Positions 26,777-39,965 of a stretch of DNA of 64,000 bases are shown in pieces. The notes under the pieces were generated by a model that saw only the letters and a list, made by a program, of their open reading frames with translations, was not told the DNA's origin and ran no database searches. Origin of the DNA: Octopus sinensis (lineage: Eukaryota); contig NC_043008.1 of NCBI RefSeq assembly GCF_006345805.1, positions 74,214,001 to 74,278,000 on the forward strand, written 5' to 3'. Position 1 is the stretch's first letter, and each line of letters starts with the position of its first letter. A program made the position numbers and the translations under genes.

Positions 26777-29458
26777 AAAGGTTAGTAGAGATGGCGGGTG
26801 GAATAACCGTCTGAGGGATAAGAATATCCGTTTTTACTACCGGTATAAAATACCTATGTTAACCTTGGTATACATATGCAAGCATATTATGGTCTTAGGA
26901 TACAGGCAATAACAAAATAAACAAGAGTTTATCAGGAATCAAATTTAAATTAAGTAGAAATAGGAGAAAATTCTTGCTCAACAAAGAAATTGACCACCAG
27001 CGATATTACTTTTTAATACAAAACGTCATTTCTAACATCCGTTTCTGCTTCCAATGTACGTCAACGCTGCCAAAGGAAATTCTGAGAATAATATTCGTCA
27101 TGTTATATAGCACTTCTCATCTGGTACATGAAGCTTCATCAGAGTGAAAAAATACATAAAGAAAAGAAGAGAAAAGAAAAGGGCCTCGAGATGAAGAAAG
27201 AAGGTTTAATATATTTCAATCATACCATTTTGCAGTGTAGCGCTTCAAGTCGTTGAGCAAATAACTAAGCTAGAAAATTGATTGGCGACTTAATCTTTCT
27301 TTAAGAGTGACAGGGTGTATAAATAATAAAAAATATAAAATAAGTACTTTAGTATATTGGGTTTCGACAACAGATCTAGAAAAAGAATAGTACTTAAGAT
27401 TTCGTAAATAGTACTAATTAATATTTATCCAAATAACATGCGTATAAAATAATTACAATGATATACTTATTAATATATTACAAAGACCTACCCCCTGTTG
27501 TCCGTTTGATCAAAGTCCAGCCATCAATATAATTTGTCAGTTAAATTTAAAATCCGAAGGGCAGGCTATTAAGCCCGTTATAGGGGTAAATGTAAATAAA
27601 GAAATAGATGAAAATAAAAAGTACAAGTATGGAGAAGTAGCATATGTTATAAGTGGCCCACGGCCGCTTACGACGTTATAAATAAACCAACCAAAATGTG
27701 AACAAGTATCGTGCGATAGAAAGTACTACAGTTAAGGGGAGATAACGTTACGGGAAGATAATGGCAAGGGCAATTAATGTCTCGTTTTTTCGCTTATCTT
27801 GCCGAACGACAAATATTTATTGCTGTTAGAGTGAAGCAGTATAAAACTCGTCCACCTTCAGAATTACCCAGTACTATTGGAAGTATTATTATATATTTCC
27901 GAGTTTAAGTTTGGTCATTCTTTGTGTGTGAATGTAAAATTGAAGAGAATGAAGTCAAGAAAAAGGAGTACGGTTGAACATTTATTTATTTTTTGCTACA
28001 ATTGTTTCGACGCAATGTAGTTCTCCAAGGATACAGACACTTGATTATGCAACTGTTTGTTTGCCTAATGAGATCTAGTTGTGTTTCCTAAGGCGATATA
28101 CGAATGTTGTCTGCGTTAGTTTAAAAGGATCTAGTGAAGTTGATTCACAAAATCAGTCTCTTTTAAGTTTGCTGAGATTGTTTTCAAATGCAGTTCTGAA
28201 TTTTGATTTCGTTCAACTAATTACTTTATCTCGTAAATTAAAGAATCTGATGTTATTTAAAATCAAAGTTGGACAATTTGGGTAATTTTAACCAATCAAC
28301 AGACAGCGAGGCATTAACAGCTTGTTACCATGACAACTGCACGTTGTGTTATGATTCACTTCATCCGCACGTTGTGTTATGTTGATTCTTCACACTACGA
28401 GATTCCCTTCACCTGCATATTTTGGTTTAATAAAAATTTATATTTATCAATTAGAATTTTATTGTAGATATTGTTCGTCAGTTGTTTTAAAATTTTACAT
28501 ATTTTTCATATATATTTTACATATATTTCGTGAAGCTTTTCTGTGTTTACTTTTTCTGTTTTTATCCACATTGAAGCCATTTAATTGTATCACTCTGAAG
28601 GAGATTTTGAAAACATAGTTGGATGCAGTAAATTATTTGCAAAGAAAGTGTGTTATCCCTCTAAAAAAGGAGGTGCAGTAAATCTAGGCACAACATGAGT
28701 AAGAAAGTGGTTCGTGGGAATCTGTACAGGCGGTACACTCGCAATGGTTTCGACGAATGCTTGTCACTTTAAACCTAGATCAGGCCAGAATGAGCCATTC
28801 TGTATCATATAACTGGCTAAGTATATCATAGCACATATGTACCCACAATATAATCCATAAGTAGAATCAGTACAACCCAGTGTGACTTTGGAATTTAGGA
28901 GACAGACACACTCTTTTCACACACACACATGAATGCATAAATGTACATATAAACTTATATATAAATACATACGTCCACATGCACTTATATATTAATGATG
29001 TACGCAAATATATGACAGGTATACATAATACTGAAATACGCATAAAGTAAACACATGCGGACAAATATATAAATATAACAAATTTTTTTTAATAACGTAC
29101 AAAACACTATAGAAATCAATGAAGAGACGAAAGAAACAGTAAGATGATACATGTTGATTTTATTAGGTAACAGGTCATTTCACAGACGCTAAACTATAGC
29201 TTTTCATAAGGTACAACATTAAAGTTGACGCTGCTAAGTTGACACCGCTACAACGCAGAACATTCCTATCTCACTATTGACTAATAGTACACAGTTGTTT
29301 CGATTTTTAAACATCTGTAACTTTTCCCTCAAATTTTTATCCGCAACATCATGGCTTCATAGCAATAAGAGTGGAAAACTACATCAATATAATGGATTTT
29401 CAAAGTTTTTACTTCCTTTTAAAAAATGCAGATTCTGTGAATCAATTTAACTAGATCC

Positions 29459-29766
29459 GTTTAAAATCGTCGACTTAAAAGCCATCTTCTTTGTTCGTCG
29501 TGATTTGAATTTAGTAGCGGCTGATAGACCCATGGTGTTTGCCGCAATAGTGCGTTTGTCGGACTGCTATGAATGGTAGTATATGGTACTGGCTGGTATT
29601 TAAATGGTTGAAGAACAAATCAGAGATACGACCAGGACCATCTACAACCATTTATAGCAGTCTGAAATAACGCGCTCTCGCGGCAAACACCATGGATCTA
29701 TCAACCGCTACTAAATTCAAACAACAACGAACAGAGAGGATGGCCTTGAAGTCATCGATTGTAAAC
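29459..29766. mobile_element. MITE-like fold-back element with ~135-bp imperfect arms
   Basis: 29459-29592 is the diverged reverse complement of 29632-29766 (e.g. tttgaatttagtagcggctgatagacccatggtgtttgccgc vs gcggcaaacaccatggatctatcaaccgctactaaattcaaa). Confidence 0.75.
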
Positions 29767-29912
29767 TAACGTAAACAACACTTGAATATCAACTGACGGA
29801 ACACAACTAGATCTCATGCAAACAAACAGTTGTATAATCAAATACCTGTCTTGGAGAACACGAATAATAAATAAATGCACAACCGTACTCCTTCTTGAGT
29901 CCTATCTCTTCA

Positions 29913-29961
<49 letters not shown>

Positions 29962-29974
29962 TTTGTTTGTTTGT

Positions 29975-30366
29975 TTTTCCTGTTGCTTGTTTCTGTCATA
30001 TTGACTGCAGCCATGCAGTCTTGAAGGTTTGTTTAGTTGAACAAATAGACTACAGGACTTATTCTTTAAGCCTAGTACTTATTCTATTCGTCTTTGGCCG
30101 AACCGCTAAGTCACAGAGACGTAAACACACCAACACTCGTTGTCTAGCAGTGGTGGGTTACAAACACAGACACAAAGACACACACACACATAACACATTC
30201 GCTCGCGCGTACACACACATATACGACAGGCTTCTTTCAGTTTCCATCTACCACATCCACTCACAAGGTTTAATAGAAGACAGTTGCTCAAGGTTCCATG
30301 TGCAGTGGGGCTGAACCCAGATCTATGTGATAAGGAAGCAAGTGTCTTACGATACAGCCACGCCTA
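29975..30366 (-). mobile_element. Diverged SINE family A copy
   Basis: Homologous to 11838-12238. Confidence 0.75.
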
Positions 30367-31811
30367 TAAACTAATATCACAACTCTCCTGATAAATCTGT
30401 ATACTGCATTTCGATTGCTATCAACGTAAGATACAACCTAGAGTTTTGTAACAAGCACAAAACAATAAACGATGGTATAATCTTTTCTTATTTCATAACT
30501 TCAAAATCTCCAAAGGATTCATGGAATTGTCTCGTCAATTATAGTAGAATTTCCCACAAAATATATAGAAACTATAGAGAAAACCAACAGATAATGTAGT
30601 CCACTATTGTTTAAGAAATGATTACATAGTCTTTGCTGAAATAGCGTTGATCATAAATCTACTCAATCTTGATTGACGTATGGTAAAAGACAACAACAAC
30701 AAAAAGCTGAGTGATGAAAATAACATTCAAAATGAAATTTTAAAAAACGCTTAAAGTAATAAACACGTTGTGTTTCATGAAATGTCTTTGGTAATAAATT
30801 ATATTTTCATATGAAATATGACTTCACATGAGACTTCGATATTAGTTCTGTAGTTTACAACAAAAACGGTAAAAACCATTTTGTTTTCAATAAGTCTCAC
30901 TAGAAGAACTGCTTTTTTTTCTTTCAATTGTCTGACATTAAATATACATTTAGACATATCACATGTAATGTGGTTTTCTTCAGTTTCGCTTCCACTCTCT
31001 AATGTGTTTAGCCAAGATTTTGGCTTCATTTCGATTCTTCTTTGAAGCAATGTACTTTCTTTACACTACTCATAAAGACACTTTTGTCATGTAAATTCCA
31101 CTTTTTTCGATCTCCAAGCTCTAAAATACAAATGATCTGCGAATATTTTATGCAATCAACCAGTATTTCATAGTAGCTATGTGGGAAGCTTTTGGGAAAA
31201 GATATGCATTAAACTATCTATGTTTTTTATTGGCCAGATATATATATATATTTGTCGAATCGCCGTCCCATTTTAGAGTTTTTATTTCCTGTATCTGTTT
31301 CAAATATCATTTCAAGATAATTCTGTTCACTGACTTCACTGTTTTCCCTAGAAATATGCATGTAATCTCAACATTCTATTTTCATTCCATTAAAATATAT
31401 GATACTTCCTCCACAGGATAGAAACACAATATTTGTTTTTGATTCCTCTCAAGTAATTTTGAATAGATTCTCTCGTATAAAATCCCTTCTTTTATATATA
31501 TTCAGCAAGAGTGTATCCTTACGACAAAGCGTTACAATAATGAGTTACCTTTGTGTGTTTTATATATTTCATCGTTGTAAACGCTAAGTTGAACGGTTTT
31601 GACGAGTGATGAATGAAACTGCAATGTGGAATTTGACTTCTTTGAAAGAAAAGTATGATAAGAAGCCTGCTTCCCAACCAGATGCTTCCGAGTTCAGTCC
31701 CACTGCGTGGCAACTTTGTCAAGCGTCTTCTACAATAGCTTCAGACATTGTGAGTGGATTTGGTAGACGGAAACTGAAAGAAGCCTGACGTATATATATA
31801 TATATATATAT

Positions 31812-32829
31812 AATTAAATAAGGGTAGAAATTGATATTAATCAATTAAAACCAGTGGCCTAGCATATCTTTTAAAACATCCGAAGATTAAAAATTTTATA
31901 CATACAAAATTTAGAGGAATGACCACTAATAGTGGACATCCTGTATGCTAGATATAGGCGTCAAACTCGCCCTTTACCACGAAGAATGTGTTCTCAAAAA
32001 GAAATTCAGCAAAAACCAAAGTTTAAAAATAAGACAAATGAAAATATACGAAAATAAAAAAAAAACATTACCTACGTACTAATTAGTTTCACTTGTTAAT
32101 ATTTACGTATATGGATACGTAAACATCTGCAAGATCGTCAGCATAGTCTGTCGTTTACGAAATACAATTTCTAGAATTAGATACAGGGCGCTCGACCGAA
32201 ATCCAGCATGTATAAAGCTCCACAAATTATATTTATGTGTATCTTTCAAATGCCTTCACTTTGGCGCGCTGAGATCGGAAATTACTCTGCAGTTAATAAA
32301 CTACAGCAGTTAATTTACCGGCTAGAGAAATTTTTTTTATTTAAAATTAATTAAGGGTAGAAATTGATATTAATCAATTAAAACCAGTGGCCTAGCATAT
32401 GTTTTAAAACATCCGAAGATTAAACATTTTATACATTCAAAATTTAGAGGAATGACCACTAAGCATGCCAAAGTGAAGGCATTTGAAAGATACACATAAA
32501 TATAATTTGTGGAGCTTTATACATGCTGGATTTCGGTCGAGCGCCCTGTATCTAATTCTAGAAATTGTATTTCGTAAACGACAGACAACGCTGACAATAT
32601 TGCAGATGTTTACGTACCCATATACGTAAATATTAACTAGTGAAACTAATTAGTACGTAGGTAATCGTTTTTTTATTTTCGTATATTTTCATTTGTCTTA
32701 TTTTTAAACTTTGGTTTATGCTGAATTTTTTTTTTTTTTTGAGAACACATGCTTCGTGGTAAATGGCGAGTTTGACGTCTATATCTAGCATACAGGATGT
32801 CCACTATTAGTGGTCCTTCCTCTAAATTT
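31812..32829. mobile_element. HHR-bearing ~530-bp repeat with partial direct and inverted duplicates
   Basis: B 31812-32340; partial direct copy 32346-32462; inverted copy 32463-32829. Confidence 0.82.
32072..32146 (-). ncRNA. Type I hammerhead ribozyme, U-U variant (plus-strand copy at 32586-32660 has CUGACAA)
   Basis: CUAUG-CUGACGA-U-CUUG[..]CAAG-U-GAAA-C-UAAUUA-GUA^CGUAG; ACUAAUUAGU is a perfect palindrome; 5-bp stem I. Confidence 0.75.
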
Positions 32830-33083
32830 CATCGTTGTAAACGCTAAGTTGAATGGTTTTGACGAGTGATGAATGAAACTGCAATGTGGAATTTGACTTT
32901 TTTGAAAGTATGATAAGAAGCCTGCTTCCCAACCAGATGCTTCCGAGTTCAGTCCCATTGCGTGGCAACTTTGTCAAGCGTCTTCTACAATAGCTTCAGA
33001 CATTGTGAGTGGATTTGGTAGACGGAAACTAATATATATATGCACACACAAACACAAACACGCAGGCACACACACACACTAAC

Positions 33084-33132
<49 letters not shown>

Positions 33133-33149
33133 TGTATGCGTCTTTTTGT

Positions 33150-33345
33150 TTATGTTTTCCTCCCTGTTGTTTTATAGCGTGGGTGTACTTACTTCACCGT
33201 AACTAAGCGGTTCGGCCTAAGAGAACGACAGAATAAGTACTAGGCTTTAAAAAAGTTTTGGGGCCGATTTATTCGACTAAAACTCTTCATGGCGGTGCCT
33301 CACCATGACCGCAGTCAAATGACTGTAATAAGTAAAAGATAAAAC
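33150..33345 (+). mobile_element. SINE family A 3' half (similar halves at 31655-31790, 32915-33030, 53015-53180, 61715-61870)
   Basis: gcggttcggc..gatagaataagtactaggctt..ggcggtgc..catg..cgcagtcaaatgactg. Confidence 0.72.
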
Positions 33346-33540
33346 TTATACGAATTAGGGAGCAATGTTCTATCGAAGTGAAGAGAGAGTCATCATCCAT
33401 TCAACGCAATGGAAATGAAGATATGCATTGCACTTAGAGACCTGTGTAGTTTAGAAAATAATTCACTACATCACACATATGCAAAGAAATACCACAAAAG
33501 ATTTATATAGCATGCAAATAAAGCAATATTTTGAAGTTCT

Positions 33541-33955
33541 AAGGCGGCGAGCCGGGAGAATCGTTAGCACGCCGCGCGATATGCTTAGCGTTATTTCGTC
33601 TGCCGCTACGTTCTGAGTTCAAATTCCGCCGAGGTCGACTTTGCTTTTCATCCTTTCGGGGTCTATAAATTAAGGACCAGTTACGCTCTGGGGTCTATAT
33701 AACCGATTTAATCCCTTTGTCTGTCCTTGTTTGTCCCCTCTGTTTGTAGCCCCTTGTGGGCAGTATGAAATGGATATTTTGTCTGTCGCTCTGAGTTCAA
33801 ATTCCGCCGAGGTCGACTTTTCCTTTCATTCTTTCGGAGTCGATTAAATAAGTACCACTTACGCACTGGGATCGGTGTAATCGACTTAATCCCTTTGTCT
33901 ATTGTTGTTTGTCCCCCTCTATGTTTAGCTCCCTTCTGAGTAATAAAGAAATATT
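33541..33955 (+). mobile_element. tRNA-derived SINE family B, one full copy plus tandem 3' partial
   Basis: aaggcggcgagc..agaatcgttagc (A-box-like), ctgagttcaaattcc (B-box) twice at ~33613 and ~33791. Confidence 0.8.
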
Positions 33956-34987
33956 TTGAAGTTGTAGTTTTATGTGCTTTTTCTTTCTTTTACCACTCAA
34001 ATATTTTTTAATTATATAACGTTAATGCTATTCGTTTTAATGTGTGTGTGTTTGTGTGTGCGTGCGTGTGCATGTATGCGTGCGTGTGCGTCTGCGTGTA
34101 TTGCATTTGTGTGTGTCCTGCGTGTTGTATGTGTATGCGTGTATGTGTGTGTGTATGTATGTGTATATGTGTGTGTGTGTGTGTGCATGTATTGACAAAG
34201 TTACATTCATTAACATTTTGTGGGTCATTTGCATTATATGAGAAAATGAAATGAATTATTTTGTCTCTCCTCAATCCTCAGATCTCTGCGATGACATTCG
34301 TGGTTTATGTTTCTCGTTTTACCAGAACACTGTATCCGAAAGCAAACCCATTCAGCCTTTGAACAATTATTTTCCATTCAGTCTGCCAGACAACATGTAT
34401 TTCAGTGTTATTTCAATCAGTTTTAGGTAGGATAAAGAATAACTATTAGAGTTGTATTTTACTGATAATTCGTGCTCGATATGGCAGAAATTCCTCTAAG
34501 AGAATTTGTTCCAAATTGCCAATAGTAATACCACCCCACCCCCACTTCATTGAATTAGACTTAATACAGCACTTAACCAGTCAGTAGGCAAACAACAGAT
34601 TGACGCTTGTAGTAGAATTTTTATTGTCAGGATTCTCTGTAAGGCTTCACGCATGACTAACGAAAGTCAGTAGAGAGAAATTAACCAATGACCCGCAATT
34701 TGTCAGTTATTTCTGATTGGTTGAGTTCCTCGCATGTTAAGTCCAACTGTTCCTCATATGTTGTTTGATTTTCGAAGCGGCGGCATTCAATTGACTTTTA
34801 TTTTCTGTCATATTTGACTCGACACAGATCCGTAGTAGAAATATTACAACCTTCGTAGCTCCAACATAATATATATGCATGTATGATCAGCTGTCTGTCA
34901 ATATGAATGTATGTGCACAGAACACACATACAAAAGCACACACACACACATGCCTACATATATCTAATAATGCAGATGTAGGTATGA

Positions 34988-35078
<91 letters not shown>

Positions 35079-35964
35079 TGAAGAGGTGTTAAGAATCCAT
35101 AAAAATCAAAGGTTATAGTTAAAAGTAAAAGTGGAAGCAATAGAGAAGCATGTTTAAAGATTCAGTTTCCTTTATTTTTTTTCTTTAATCGGAGAGGATG
35201 AGTACTTTTATGTTTGTTATAGTAAGTATTTTTTATAAAATATTGCCGGTTTCGATGTATATGTCTATCTTATCAAGTACTAAAGATTCGCAGACAAGAA
35301 TTAGGAAATAAGTATTAAAGATTAAAACACTTTGTTCTCATATACAGTGTTTCATATTTTCTCTTAAAGTCTCCTCTTATATATGTATATTGTTTAGTGA
35401 GAAGTGTGGAATGGGGTTCAAGAGGTCAAGTGGCATAACTTCTATTGAAATGAAAGACAGACATCTTTTCTGTTCAAAATATGGTCACCTCTATGTGTTT
35501 GTGTATGTGTATGACTCTGTGTGTGTGTGTGTGTGAGACTATGTGTGACTGTGTGTATGACTGTGTGTGTGTGTGTGTGTTCGTATATATTGTGTTAAAT
35601 GCTCCAATATTCTATAATTTTTAACAAGCTCAATGGGAAATCGCGATTCTAGCCCCTGGTCTGGCACTGTTACTTCATATATTGTTAGTGAGGAGATGAA
35701 TCTCTGCTATTTCTAGCCTCGGGCAACCATCAGTGACAAGTCAATGGAAGGTCGAAATCACGTCATCTGGTGGTCTTGGTGCCGAATGTGGAAGGGAGTT
35801 ATCTCCCCACTAGTGATATAAACAAATGTACATTTTGCATCAAAAGTCAATATAAGATTTTCTGGAATGGTAATTTCGTAGTATAGGTTGTTGGAACAGA
35901 ACATCCACGTTTAAGTGGGATAGATATATGTGTGCGTGTGTGTGTGTGTGTGTGCGTATGTCTG

Positions 35965-36042
<78 letters not shown>

Positions 36043-36227
36043 CTGCTCGAAATGAGGAGTAGTTAGAGAGCCGACAACTGATGAAGCCTCATTTCTCTGT
36101 TTACTTGTCTTGTTTTCCATGTTTTTTCTCGTTGTTTACGTATTTAAGTCTCTGTCTACATATTTCATGTTTACACAGTTGGTGACGTATTGTACCTTAC
36201 ATACATACAAATATACACATATATATA

Positions 36228-36258
<31 letters not shown>

Positions 36259-36309
36259 ATAAATAATATATAAATATATGCATATATGCATATATCTATG
36301 CATATACCT

Positions 36310-36325
<16 letters not shown>

Positions 36326-36341
<16 letters not shown>

Positions 36342-36511
36342 GCATACATGGGTACAGGACATAAAAAAAAGTTGAATAGAATGCGAAACGAAAACAAAAA
36401 CAAAAAAATAGAAACGAACTTTTCGAACAACGAAAAAACAGAGAAATGAGACATATAACATAAAGAATATACCCCTTCTTCAGTTGTCCCTGTTTCATCT
36501 TACTCCACGTT

Positions 36512-36556
<45 letters not shown>

Positions 36557-36755
36557 GCATACATGGGTACAGGACATAAAAAAAAGTTGAATAGAATGCG
36601 AAACGAAAACAAAAACAAAAAAATAGAAACGAACTTTTCGAACAACGAAAAAACAGAGAAATGAGACATATAACATAAAGAATATACCCCTTCTTCAGTT
36701 GTCCCTGTTTCATCTTACTCCACGTTTCGATATATATATATATATATATATATAT
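36326..36755. repeat. Tandem duplication, 2 x ~215 bp including (TA)n
   Basis: ggtacaggac at 36351 and 36566; copies read as identical. Confidence 0.88.
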
Positions 36756-36875
36756 AGAAAATAGTAAAAAGTGAAAAAACTACAGAAGGCTTGTTTTAAA
36801 AGGTTAAAAAATATATTTGAGTCATTATGTCAGAAGAATGTTATAAAATTTTTTCATACGGTGACATAGTTTTTG

Positions 36876-36914
36876 AAGAAATTACCGGTTTCGTGTTAAC
36901 TTTTCAAATTTCTC
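36876..36914 (-). ncRNA. Decayed minimal hammerhead in the Penelope 3' pLTR
   Basis: GAGAAAU-UUGAAAA-GU-UAAC-AC-GAAA-C-CG-GUA^AUUUCUU; 7-bp stem I and ACCGGU palindrome retained; core has C3U and G8A. Confidence 0.6.
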
Positions 36915-37034
36915 AAAACATCGTGTTATGTCTTCGTTATGAAGTGTAAAAAAGAGTTCCAGGTAAGAGGAGGTAATAAGTGATTTCTTTCGGTATAAGG
37001 GAGATAATCGCTTTATATTTCTTGTCCCTTTTAT

Positions 37035-37616
37035 TTAATGGGGTGAGTTTCTCTGTATAAGAATGTTAGAGTGGTTAAGTTTGTGCTTATATTTTTCAAT
37101 GAAGAATGTTTCCTTGTTTAGTCTAATTTGTGTTGGTGTTCCAATAGCACATTGATAAAATGGAAAGATTAAAAATTGTGGTAGTAGTTGCATTGCGCAT
37201 TTCTCAATGTGCTCACTAAAGGGTATCATTCTGTATTCTGGGAATGCAATATGTTGTCGATGCAGTGTGCATCTACGTCTGAGTGATAGTCCCGTGGACC
37301 CCACGTAGTTTTGGTGGCAGCCCGAGCATCTTATGACATAAATTATGTTTTCAGAAGCGCAAGTAAAATTAGATTTGATCTTGAATTTTTGTCCCTCTTT
37401 GAAGAGGAATTCTGATCCTTCTAGAAGGTTTGGGCATGTTGTGCAGTTTGGTCTACCACATTTTTTTACTTTTGCATCCGTTATTTCAGAAAACAATTTT
37501 GCCTTTGTGAGAATATTTTTAAGTGATTTAGGTTGTTTGTAGCTTTTAATGATTTTATGTATGTTTAGAATTTCCTTTAATTTGGGGTCCTTATGAAGCA
37601 TTGGTAAATTACACAT
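37035..37616 (-). CDS. Penelope-like (Neptune-type) element C-terminus: Cys linker + GIY-YIG endonuclease, 5'-truncated; element spans ~36760-37620
   Basis: KCGRPNCTTC linker; NIIYVIRCSGCHQNYVGSTG..RRR..H; RLNKETFFIEKY..LN. Confidence 0.88.
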   Translation of the reverse strand: MCNLPMLHKDPKLKEILNIHKIIKSYKQPKSLKNILTKAKLFSEITDAKVKKCGRPNCTTCPNLLEGSEFLFKEGQKFKIKSNFTCASENIIYVIRCSGCHQNYVGSTGLSLRRRCTLHRQHIAFPEYRMIPFSEHIEKCAMQLLPQFLIFPFYQCAIGTPTQIRLNKETFFIEKYKHKLNHSNILIQRNSPH

Positions 37617-37659
37617 ACAACCCCAGAAACAAATGAGCCTTCTCCATCATCACCCAGAA

Positions 37660-38860
37660 TTTATATGTATCGTGTGTGTGTTTTGTTTGTAGTATGTGTG
37701 TGTGTATGTGTGTGTTTTTGTGTGTATGCGTGGAGTTTGGGTGTGTGGCGAGTAACTGTGCTTAACTTAGTGTATGTGTGCGTGTGTGCTTGTACGTGCG
37801 TGTGTGTGTATATATATGTATGTATAATTGTGTGCGTGTATGTATGTGTGTGCGTGTATGTATGGTTGTGTGCCGTGTGTATGGGATGTATGTGTGGGTT
37901 CATTTGTGTGTGTGTGTATGTATGTGCGTGTAGTTGTGTGTGCGTGTATGTGTACGTTTGTATGTGTGTGTAAGCGTATATGAATGTATATGCGTGTATC
38001 CGTGGGGTTGTGAGTGCTTTTTTCGCGCGTGTGCGTGCGTATGTGTGCGCATGTTTAGGTGTGCGTATGTATGTGTGTGTCTGTGATTATATGTGTGTAC
38101 GTATGTGTATGTGTGCGTGCGCGTGTAGGTATATATTGTGTGTATGTATATGTGTCGGTGTGTATGTGAATCCACAGGCACACATACACACGCACTGATG
38201 CACGCCTGCAATACAGCCAACATATGCATGTATGTATGTATGTAGGTATGTATGTATGTATGTGTATGTGTGTGTGTATGTATGTGTATGTGTGTGTGTA
38301 TGTATGTGTGTGTATGTATGTATGTGTGAGTGTGTATGTCTTTATGTATGTATGTATGTATGTATGTATGTATGTCTGTATGTATATATGTATGTATGTG
38401 TGGGTGTATGTGTGTGTATGTGTGTATGTATGTATGTGTGTGTATGTGTATGTTTGTGTGTGTGTATGTATGTATGCATGTATGTATGAATGAATGTTTG
38501 TATGTATGTATGTATGTATGTGTGTGTACCTATGTATGTGTGTGTGTGTAAATGTATGCGTGTGTGCGTGGGGTTTCCTCTGGAGTTGTGTGGGCGTAAT
38601 GTACATGCGCGTGACGTGCGTGTATGTGTGTGTGTGTCTCTGCTAGGCGTTTATAAATGTGTGCGTATCTGTATTATTGTTTGTTGGTGTGTGTGCACGG
38701 GCATGTGTGTGTGCGCGTGGGTGTGTGTGGGTGTGTGTATAGGTGTGGAAGTATGTGTGCGTACATATGCGTGTAGGTTGTATGTGTGTGGTGTGTTGGA
38801 AGTAGGTGTGTTGGAGGGTGTGTTCGTGGATACGTGAGTATGTATGTGCGTGTTTCTGTA
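37660..38860. repeat. 1.2-kb compound TG/TGTA-rich low-complexity tract between two Penelope fragments
   Basis: Direct reading. Confidence 0.9.
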
Positions 38861-39922
38861 TGAGGATGAATAAAGGGGGGAGGGAGAGAGAGAGGTGGAG
38901 CGCAGTCACTAAGAGGAGGGGGCTGTGTTGAGTCCGTGTGGGGTATTGGTTTGTAGAGTGAAGATAAAACGTTGCTCCAAGTGGAGCCTGGATTGTGGAG
39001 GACCGTTGTGTGGGGCGAGACCAAACACAGAGATGTCATCGGGGATGTGGCTGGCCGAGTGGAAGTGACGTGCGACGGGAGAAAAGGACCGTAGACGATC
39101 ATCCCTTAGATGTTTGGCGAATCGGTCTGACAACCGGCGTCCCGTCTGTCCTATATACAGCATTCCGCAGAGGTTGCATTTAATGCAGTATATGAGGCCA
39201 GACGAAGTGCGCGTAAAAGAATGTCTGATACTTACAGTTCGCTGGTTGGAACCGGTGACAGCAGTGGTGTTGGTGATGAAGGGGCAGGTGTTGCAGCGGG
39301 ATCTAGAGCACGGGAATGATCCGTGTGGGGCTGAGGGGGAAGAAGAGAGGGTACTATGGACCAGGAGGTCGCGTAGATTCCGGGCTCGTTTGAATGAGGA
39401 CAGGGGTGGTTTGGGGAAAATGGGGCGGGTATTGGGATCGAGCTGGAGGCGACGGAAGGCACGTAGTATCTTCCGACGAAGGAGTAGAGTAGAGGGGTGG
39501 AAAAGGAGGGGAAAGGGGGTGCGGTTTGGGTTGGGTGGGATTTAGGAGAAAGGGCGGTGGTGCGGTCGATGCGACGAGCGCGGGCGAGGGCATTCAAGAT
39601 CAGTGTAGGTGGGTATCCTCGATGCCTGAACAGGCGGGCCAGGTATTGAGATTGGGTCTCGAAATCCTGGTCGCGGCTGAACAAGCGTCGAAGGCGGAGG
39701 AACTGGGAGTAGGGGATGGCCCGTTTGGTGTGGAAGGGGTGGGAGGAGGAGAAGTTGAGATAGAAGTGGGAATCCGTGGGTTTGAAGAAGGCGGAGGTGG
39801 TGAGAGAGTGAGAGGGGTGATCGATGCTGAGAGAGATATCAAGGAAGTTGACAGAGGTATTGGAGATGGTGGAAGTGAATTGTAGAGAGGGGTGGAAGTT
39901 GGAGAGGAAAGAGATGAAATGG

Positions 39923-39925
<3 letters not shown>
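38860..39925 (-). mobile_element. Penelope-like (Neptune-type) fragment: RT thumb + Cys linker + GIY-YIG, frameshifted
   Basis: FHPSLQFT..VNFLD..FKPTDSHFYLNFSSSHPFHTKRAIPYSQFLRLRR; then PCSRSRCNTCPF..LIYCIKCNLCGMLYIGQTGRRLSDRFAKH..EQRFIFTLQTNTPHGLN. Confidence 0.92.

Positions 39926-39965
<40 letters not shown>

Noticed and set aside
27995-28040. Minus-strand GAAAC-AATT-GTA with palindromic loop
   Set aside because: The upstream core reads TTGGAGA and stem I does not pair; at most a relic.
33541-33660. tRNA gene (A/B boxes)
   Set aside because: No cloverleaf; it continues into a SINE body that recurs elsewhere in the window.
35238-35285. Minus-strand TTGATAA-GAT..ATC-GAAAC-CG-GCA
   Set aside because: Three core changes and no stem I; probably a dead HHR but not supportable.
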